DNA of 43,642 bases. Origin: Gemmatimonadales bacterium (GTDB lineage: Bacteria > Gemmatimonadota > Gemmatimonadetes > Gemmatimonadales > GWC2-71-9). The stretch spans positions 1 to 43,642 of the forward strand of contig JBDIWC010000035.1 in assembly GCA_039794085.1 (NCBI GenBank), in the 5' to 3' direction. The position numbers and the translations under genes are program-made. Below the pieces are notes generated by a model. It ran no database searches and was not told the origin of the DNA. It saw only the letters and a list, made by a program, of their open reading frames with translations. Positions 37,564-43,642 of the stretch are shown piece after piece; positions within the stretch are counted from its first letter, which is position 1; each line of letters begins with the position of its first letter.

Positions 37564-39399
37564 TCACGGGACGCGGCTCGACAACCACGCCGACCGGAAC
37601 GCCCTCATCTCCGGCGTCACCTCTCCTCCCACCTCCTCCACCGCCACCACCTCGATGCGAGGATCGGCCCGGAACACCAGTGTCCCCGACCGGGGGATCC
37701 CGCGGCTCACCCAGGAAATCCCCACCGAATCACCGGCCTGATGGGCATTGAGCACGGCCAGCACATCTTCGGGGCCGTTCATCGGTTTCCCGTCGAGCAT
37801 CGAGATCACGTCCCCCCGGTCGAGACCCGCCGCATGCAGGGGCCAGGGGATCAGCGTCGGTCCGGTGAGGACCAGCCCGCCTCCCTCCACCGGCCGCAGG
37901 GACATGTCCCCCATCCACGCCGCCGTGTCGTCCGCCACCCGGACGAGAAAACCGGCTCGGCCCAGCAGAGTGGTGTAGTCGGGACTCTCCTGTCCCTCCA
38001 CGTAGCGGGCCATGAAGTCCCGCGCAAAGGCGGCATCCCCGCTCGCGCGTGCCAGGGCCGTCTCCACGTCCTCGGGGGTGTAGGGCTGCTCCGTCTTGCC
38101 ATGCGCGCGCCAGAGTTCCCGCATGAAATCGTCGAGCGTTTTCCCTCCCGGCCGGCTCCGCAGCGTGAGATCAAGGGCCAACCCCAGGCCCTCGCCCCAG
38201 GTGTAATAGGAAATGAAGGTGTTCGGTTTGTTCTGGGGATCGATCGAGGTGGCGGCATCCACAAAGGGAGCCTGCATGCTCATCCCGCGGGGGCTGAAGA
38301 ACTGTCGGCCGGGGGCGTTGGTGACGGTGTTCACCGCGTTGGAGAGTCTCCGGGCGTACGATCTGTCGTCGAGGAGTCCCGCCCGCCGGATGGCAAGCGG
38401 TCCGTAGTAGCTGGTGAACCCCTCGGCGAGCCAGAGTTCCCCGGACATGTTCTCCCGCTCGAAGTCGAAGGGCTCGAGAGAACGCGGGCGGATCCGTTCC
38501 ACGTTCCAGGCATGGAAGAATTCGTGGGAGACGGTGCCGAGGAGCCCCAGGGGATTGGCGGCGATGGAGGCGCCGGAACTCACCACCGTGCTGTTGCGGT
38601 GCTCCATGCCGTCGCTCGAGGCATGCGGCACATAGTCCGCCAGAAAGGTGTAGGTCCCGTGGTCGAAGGCGGGGAACTCACCGTACATGGCACCGTGCTC
38701 CCTCACCACCTTCTGCACCGCTTCCAGGAAGAGATCCACATCCGAGGTGATCCCGTGGTGATGAACCGCAAGACGAATGGCCAGGGAGTCTCCGGTCGGG
38801 CCGGCCACCTTCCAGGTGCGCAGGTCAACCTCGGCGATCTCGATCGGCGAATCCATGAAGTACTGGAAGTCCCGCGCCCGCCAGACGAGGGAATCGGCCG
38901 TCGGCTGAAGTTGAGTGAGGACCTGCCACCCCGTCGGCAGATCCTGGAAGCGGACCTCCACCGGGCGCTCGTGGGTCCCACGGGCCCACATGAAGGTGGC
39001 GGGAATGTTGAGGTGCGCATGGGTGACATCAATCTGGGAATAGGTACCGTCGGCGCGATCGCCGAAGAGAGTGTAGTGCATCCGGACGGTTCCATCGTGC
39101 CCCGTCACATTCCACTGGTGCGGGTTGGCCTGGGTGACGGGAAGCGCCTTCCCGGTTCCGTCCTCCGCGCGCACCCGGTAGACGTTCTTGGCAAATTCAT
39201 GGAGGGCATACCGCCCCGGCGAGCTCCGGCTCATCCGGGCCTCCAGCGTCTGCCCCCGGGGGACCCCCGTCCAGGTGACGGTGATCTCGGCCTCGTGGTG
39301 GAGCCGGTTGGGGAACCGGACGTCGTACCGGACCGGATCCGGGGCCTGCAGGGAGGCGGCGAGGACGAGGGAGACGAGGGGCGTGAGCGACACGAACAT
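37564..39399 (-). CDS. M61 glycyl aminopeptidase family protein with PDZ domain
   Basis: SPGRYALHEFAKNV, DGMEHRNS, SHEFFHAWNVERIRP, LWLAEGFTSYY, ISYY; PDZ AGLDRGDVI. Confidence 0.95.
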   Translation of the reverse strand: MFVSLTPLVSLVLAASLQAPDPVRYDVRFPNRLHHEAEITVTWTGVPRGQTLEARMSRSSPGRYALHEFAKNVYRVRAEDGTGKALPVTQANPHQWNVTGHDGTVRMHYTLFGDRADGTYSQIDVTHAHLNIPATFMWARGTHERPVEVRFQDLPTGWQVLTQLQPTADSLVWRARDFQYFMDSPIEIAEVDLRTWKVAGPTGDSLAIRLAVHHHGITSDVDLFLEAVQKVVREHGAMYGEFPAFDHGTYTFLADYVPHASSDGMEHRNSTVVSSGASIAANPLGLLGTVSHEFFHAWNVERIRPRSLEPFDFERENMSGELWLAEGFTSYYGPLAIRRAGLLDDRSYARRLSNAVNTVTNAPGRQFFSPRGMSMQAPFVDAATSIDPQNKPNTFISYYTWGEGLGLALDLTLRSRPGGKTLDDFMRELWRAHGKTEQPYTPEDVETALARASGDAAFARDFMARYVEGQESPDYTTLLGRAGFLVRVADDTAAWMGDMSLRPVEGGGLVLTGPTLIPWPLHAAGLDRGDVISMLDGKPMNGPEDVLAVLNAHQAGDSVGISWVSRGIPRSGTLVFRADPRIEVVAVEEVGGEVTPEMRAFRSAWLSSRVP

Positions 39400-39478
39400 C
39401 GGAGAATCCAATCGAAGGGGAACAGAGGGGAATTGTGGGGTGACCGGCACCAGAACGGAAGGGGACGCGCGTTGCCTC

Positions 39479-39504
39479 ACACGAAGACACGAAGACACGA
39501 AGAC
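39479..39504. repeat. Octamer tandem repeat (ACGAAGAC)x3
   Basis: acgaagacacgaagacacgaagac. Confidence 0.85.
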
Positions 39505-39542
39505 AATCGGGCCCCTCCCACCCTCGGAACGTCATAGGCGCC

Positions 39543-40628
39543 TCAGTCGGGACAGACCGTCCGCGGCAGGATCACCGTCCCCGCCGACACCATCTGCCCC
39601 GATCGCATTCCTCCCACCACGTACATCCCATCCCGGCCGATCAGGAGACCCCGGTGATCCATGGTGGCCACGGAAGCCGATGACGACTCGGTCCAGACGC
39701 CCGTCGTCACATCGTACACGACAACGCCCGCGCGCGGTTCGCTCGGCACGCCGTCATACCCGATGCCATCGTAGTTGTAGGGGTTGTCGGTCCCTCCCGC
39801 CAGCACCAGCCGGGTGCCACAGACCCCGGCCGCCGCGCGATAGAGCGGTGGACCCTGGTGCCGGGGGATCGCCGTCCAGGTGACGTTCCCGGGGTTCGCC
39901 GGGTCGATCTCTCCCCGCCACGCCTGGGCCTCCAGCCGGTATCGGGGAAGAAGCCGGGTCTCGTTCCGGACTCCATCGACAAAAAGAATCGCGTCTCCCA
40001 CCACTCCTCCCGCGTGGCCGAACACTCCGGGGCCCGGAATCGGAGTCGCCATGGTCCACCGGTCGGTGGCGGGGTCGTAGATCTGCACCGCGGTTACATT
40101 GTCGGAGTCGTGCCACCCCGACACGAGATACAGCAGGGAGTCACGCCACACTCCGCTCACCGCGTCGTCCACCGGCAGCGGCATCGGGGCGGCGGCACGC
40201 CACCGGCCCGACACCGGGTCCCAGATGTCGACCTCGGGCACCGACCGCTCGGCGCCGGTGCTGTCCACCGTGTAGCCGCCGATCAGGATCACCTCACCGC
40301 GGATGACCTGTGCCGTCGCGGCGAGTCGGCCCCGGGGCCCCGGCACCGGGGGGAGTTCCTCCCACTGGTCGTTCCCAATCGTGAGGCGAAAGGCGCGACG
40401 GGTGATTCCGTCGTGGCGCTTCGTCGAGTCGAGACCAAGAAAGGAGTAGAGGGTGACGGTGCCGCGCGGTCCCATGGTGTCGATCGCCACCGCGTTGTTG
40501 GTGACCGCCATCGGGAGATCGGGGATGGCCACCTGCGCCACTGATGTCTGTCCCTGGCCACAGGCGGACAACACCAGGGCGACAGCGAAGGCACTTCTCC
40601 GTCCAATCGCGGGGTAACGCTGCTTCAT
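39543..40628 (-). CDS. Kelch-repeat lipoprotein
   Basis: Lipobox LSAC; blades VILIGG..DIWDP..GRW, LYLVSG..QIYDPATDRW, LVLAGG, MYVVGG. Confidence 0.85.
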   Translation of the reverse strand: MKQRYPAIGRRSAFAVALVLSACGQGQTSVAQVAIPDLPMAVTNNAVAIDTMGPRGTVTLYSFLGLDSTKRHDGITRRAFRLTIGNDQWEELPPVPGPRGRLAATAQVIRGEVILIGGYTVDSTGAERSVPEVDIWDPVSGRWRAAAPMPLPVDDAVSGVWRDSLLYLVSGWHDSDNVTAVQIYDPATDRWTMATPIPGPGVFGHAGGVVGDAILFVDGVRNETRLLPRYRLEAQAWRGEIDPANPGNVTWTAIPRHQGPPLYRAAAGVCGTRLVLAGGTDNPYNYDGIGYDGVPSEPRAGVVVYDVTTGVWTESSSASVATMDHRGLLIGRDGMYVVGGMRSGQMVSAGTVILPRTVCPD

Positions 40629-40752
40629 GGAGAAACACTCCTCGTGAAGGAGGGCGAACGCGTCACACTGTCAATGGACCCTGGCTTTCGCCGGGGTGAC
40701 GCTCCGCTAGGGGATCGGACTCCGAACCCCGGGCGAACGCCGTTTGCCCCTT

Positions 40753-41170
40753 CTCCCTATTCCCTATTCCCTAAGCCGGCAGAGCCGGAACCACAGAGGC
40801 GCCTCGGGGTCGCGTGGGTTCCCCGGGGCTTTCGCCCCGGGCTCGGCGGCGAGAGGCCGTTCACACGGCCGGGTGGTCGTCCCCGCTCCCGGTGGCGCGT
40901 AGGGGCGGTTCGTGAACCGCCCTTCCCACCTCCCCTGGCCGAGCAAGGGGCGTCAGCCCCGGGAAACACCAATCGTCGGGTCACGGCACGCTCCGCGACT
41001 CGAGTTCATCTCCCGAGAGGCCTCCAAGTTGGATGCCTTCCCAAACGCCCTCAAACACGCTGCCCGTTAGGGTTTCCGGGCGTCGCCCAAAATATTGTTG
41101 CTTTTTTGTGTTCAATCTTGTCCGTAAGGGACTATTCCCTATTCCCTATTCCCTACTCCCTACTCCCTAC
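40753..41170. repeat. Repeat mosaic: CCCTA(T/C)T heptamers, GTAG-type REP and 58-bp repeat copy 2 (41077-41134)
   Basis: Shares blocks with 15394-15488 and 232-316. Confidence 0.85.
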
Positions 41171-42203
41171 TTCTCTCTCCCCTCTCCACATCCCGGGCAA
41201 ACGACTCCGCATCGATGTTCGCACCGCAGACCAGCACGCCGACCCGTTTCCCCGCCAGGGTTTCCCGCAGGGGGCCCAGAAGCGCCGCGGCCGCCGCCGC
41301 ACCGGCCGGTTCCACCGCGAGCCGCACCGTCTGGAACAGCAGGAACATCGCCTCACAGAGTTGATCGTCGGTGACGGTGACGATGGCGTCCACGAACCGG
41401 CGACAGAGTCCGGTGCTGTAGGGAAGAGTGAAGGGCGGCGCGAGGCTGTCGGCGATGGTACTGGGGGGAGGTCCCTGCACCGGGCCCCCGGCCGCAAAAC
41501 TCCTCGACATCAGATCCGCTCCCTCCGGCTCGACTCCGTAGATCCGGCAGGTCGGAGAGATCTGATGGATCGCCGAGGCCACTCCCGCCATCAGGCCCCC
41601 ACCCCCGATCGGGACGATGACCGCCTCCATATCGGGCGCCTGTTCCATCCATTCGGCGCCAAGCGTGGCGGTGCCCAGTATGGTGCCGGGACCATCGAAG
41701 GGGTGAACGAAGGTGAGTCCTTCCTCCCGTTGGAGCCGTTCCACCTCCGCGAACGCGGCATGCACATCCTCGGCGAGGACGACGGAGGCCCCGTAGGCCG
41801 TGGCGAGCTCCACCCGCGCGGCGTTGGCCGTCTTCGGCATCACCACCGTGGCGCGCGTCCCGGACACCGAGGCGGCAAAGGCGACGGCCACGGCGTGGTT
41901 GCCGGCGCTCACCGCCGTCACCCCGCGCGCCAACGCCTCCCGGTCGAGCCCGCGGACGACGGTGAGCGCGCCGCGGGCCTTGAAGGTTCCCGTCACCTGG
42001 AGAAGTTCAAGTTTCAGGGTGGCGCGGGTGCCCGCCGCGAGCCGTGGGCCGATGCGCGGGTCATCCCATGGCAATAAACTGGTTTTTTGGAGTACCGTGT
42101 AATTTGTTTCACGGACCCGCTCGATGACGCTGAGAGACGGTGGCTCCGGGAGGGAGTCGGGGGGGGACGATGACGTGTGCTCTGGACGGCTCTTCTCGCG
42201 CAT
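41160..42203 (-). CDS. Threonine/serine dehydratase (PLP fold type II, no ACT domain)
   Basis: LKLELLQVTGTFKARGA, SAGNHA, VHPFD, PIGGGGL, TIADSL, VEPAGA, CGANID. Start uncertain. Confidence 0.92.
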   Translation of the reverse strand: MREKSRPEHTSSSPPDSLPEPPSLSVIERVRETNYTVLQKTSLLPWDDPRIGPRLAAGTRATLKLELLQVTGTFKARGALTVVRGLDREALARGVTAVSAGNHAVAVAFAASVSGTRATVVMPKTANAARVELATAYGASVVLAEDVHAAFAEVERLQREEGLTFVHPFDGPGTILGTATLGAEWMEQAPDMEAVIVPIGGGGLMAGVASAIHQISPTCRIYGVEPEGADLMSRSFAAGGPVQGPPPSTIADSLAPPFTLPYSTGLCRRFVDAIVTVTDDQLCEAMFLLFQTVRLAVEPAGAAAAAALLGPLRETLAGKRVGVLVCGANIDAESFARDVERGERSRE

Positions 42204-42492
42204 CCGGAGAAGGATAACATCGAGCCACCCGGCACTGCGGCGCGCACTGTGGGCCTATTTCGTCCGGGGCACGCTCCGCGTTCGCCTGGCAGTGGCCCGG
42301 GGAAACAGACCTCGGAATAAAGCGTTCCATCCGTGGAGTGGGCGCCCTCCGTTTCGAGGCCGACCCCGTCGGGTCCCGGGCCGTGGTGTCCACCCGCGAG
42401 GAGGTGGTCTTCCCCGGGACCATCGTGACCCTGACGATCATCGACTCGAACTGAGGGCCACCACCCCCTCCTCCGTCCCGGCTATGAGGTGT

Positions 42493-42942
42493 CTAGAACC
42501 GATCGTCGATGCTGAAATAGCGCCCGCGACCAACCCCAGGCAGGATTCCCGACGGCGAGGCTTTCAGGAGATCCAACAATCCCTTGAGTCGCTCCTGGCG
42601 TTCCGCGGAAAGACGGAGGGGCCTCATGCTGGTAATCGCGATTCGCTCCTCCCCCAGTGGAGGCGGCCCCTGCCGGTTCAGGGAGCGGAGGAGACTGAGT
42701 CCGGCGGCAAAGGCCGCCAACGTGTCGGGGACCGCCCGGATAACGATGACATTCCTGGGAAGTCCGGTCCTCCTCCGGATCACCTCGAGCGGGGCAAGTT
42801 GTGCGTGCTCCGTCGATTCCGCCAAGATCACGGATACCGGCTGGATGTGATTGGGGTTGTGGCCCGAGGCTCGGCCATTGCCCTGTGCGTGGGCAGTGGC
42901 ACCAATGAAACTGCTGACAACGATGCAGAGAACGGCTCGCAT
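42493..42942 (-). CDS. Hypothetical exported protein
   Basis: Signal peptide MRAVLCIVVSSFIGATAHA; GAGG upstream; no motif recognised. Confidence 0.55.
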   Translation of the reverse strand: MRAVLCIVVSSFIGATAHAQGNGRASGHNPNHIQPVSVILAESTEHAQLAPLEVIRRRTGLPRNVIVIRAVPDTLAAFAAGLSLLRSLNRQGPPPLGEERIAITSMRPLRLSAERQERLKGLLDLLKASPSGILPGVGRGRYFSIDDRF

Positions 42943-42997
42943 TGAGAAATCCTCGTCTTTGGTGACTGGTCAACGAACAAGCGGAACCCGTTTCGGG

Positions 42998-43335
42998 TCA
43001 GACGGGCGTACACCCTCCATCGATAATCTGAGCGAGAACGCCACCGATGAACACATAGAACGTGGTACAGAGATACCACTGTTCGTCCGGTTCCAACGTG
43101 GTATCACCCCCACCTCCGCCCCCTGGCTGTTGAGTTGTCACACAGCTCGGGCCGTTCGCCGCATGGTTGGTCCCGGTGTTCGCATCACCCCATGGGCCAA
43201 ACCCGAAAAACTCGTTGACTTCCGGCCACGGGCTTGAGTTATCCCACCACACGTGGTGGGTGGTAGATACGGACAACCTGAAGCCACATGCGACGCTCGC
43301 TGATAGCGAAGCCTCGGACGAGTAGAGGAAATTGT
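42998..43335 (-). pseudogene. 3' part of a gene interrupted by ISL3 (Gly linker and Cys/aromatic C-terminus)
   Basis: Open frame NFLYSSEA...ACGF...SCVTTQQPGGGGGGDTTLEPDEQWYLCTTFYVFIGGVLAQIIDGGCTPV* runs up to the IS end with no start of its own. Confidence 0.6.
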
Positions 43336-43642
43336 GGCTCTTCCCCTGATCGAGTGGGTAAGTTAGCCTGTATCCATGAGAGATCGAGATCTGTATAGCC
43401 GGATTCTGGGCCTCCCCAGCCCATGGCGCGTGTCCGAGGTGGAGCTGGCGCTGGGCCAAGGGCAGGTCCGAGTCTATGCGGAGTTGGAGGCGGACGCGCC
43501 GCGGGTCTGCCCTCCGTGCGCGCTGGTGGTGCCCGGGTATGACACGCGGCGTCGGCAGTGGCGGCATCTGGACACCTGTCAGTACCAGACGATCCTGGTG
43601 GCCGAGGTGCCACGGGTGCAGTGTCCCGAGCATGGGGTGGTG
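43336..43642 (+). mobile_element. ISL3-family insertion sequence, left end (truncated by the window)
   Basis: Begins GGCTCT (typical ISL3 terminus) after AT-rich gaaattgt; transposase starts 40 bp inside. Confidence 0.88.
43376..43642 (+). CDS. ISL3-family transposase, N-terminal part
   Basis: Hand-translated MRDRDLYSRILGLPSPWRV...CPPC...YDTRRRQWRHLDTCQYQTILVAEVPRVQCPEHGV (zinc finger of ISL3 type). Confidence 0.93.
   Translation, partial: MRDRDLYSRILGLPSPWRVSEVELALGQGQVRVYAELEADAPRVCPPCALVVPGYDTRRRQWRHLDTCQYQTILVAEVPRVQCPEHGVV

Noticed and set aside
42998..43633. Intact 211-aa gene as given in the ORF track
   Set aside because: Its N-terminal part is the antisense reading of the ISL3 end and transposase.

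Overview
High-GC bacterial chromosomal window. Gene content and style suggest Gemmatimonadota; this is inference, not a database result. The backbone encodes peptide and amino-acid utilisation: two amidohydrolases, a Vgb-like propeller, argE-hutF, a class V aminotransferase with an NSS transporter, two M28 peptidases, an M61 peptidase, a Kelch protein and a Thr/Ser dehydratase. Other genes are a Fic protein, a SnoaL protein, an ECF sigma/Ser-Thr kinase/large Ig-lipoprotein module and the left end of an ISL3 element. Intergenic regions are mosaics of heptamer tandem repeats and several REP/MITE-like families. The main find is a three-part cassette that recurs three times on the minus strand (6785-8826, 12270-14292, 20891-24144) with little sequence identity between copies. 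In each, a membrane-anchored CxxC thioredoxin-like gene lies directly upstream of a small Sec-signal, four-cysteine peptide gene, with one or two beta-propeller lipoproteins carrying a GxGPGE motif. One peptide is missing from the ORF track. Each cassette has a slippage-prone repeat next to it. Cassette 1 lies between two copies of the 3' end of hutF. No rRNA, tRNA, CRISPR array, integrase or RiPP-modifying enzyme was recognised.
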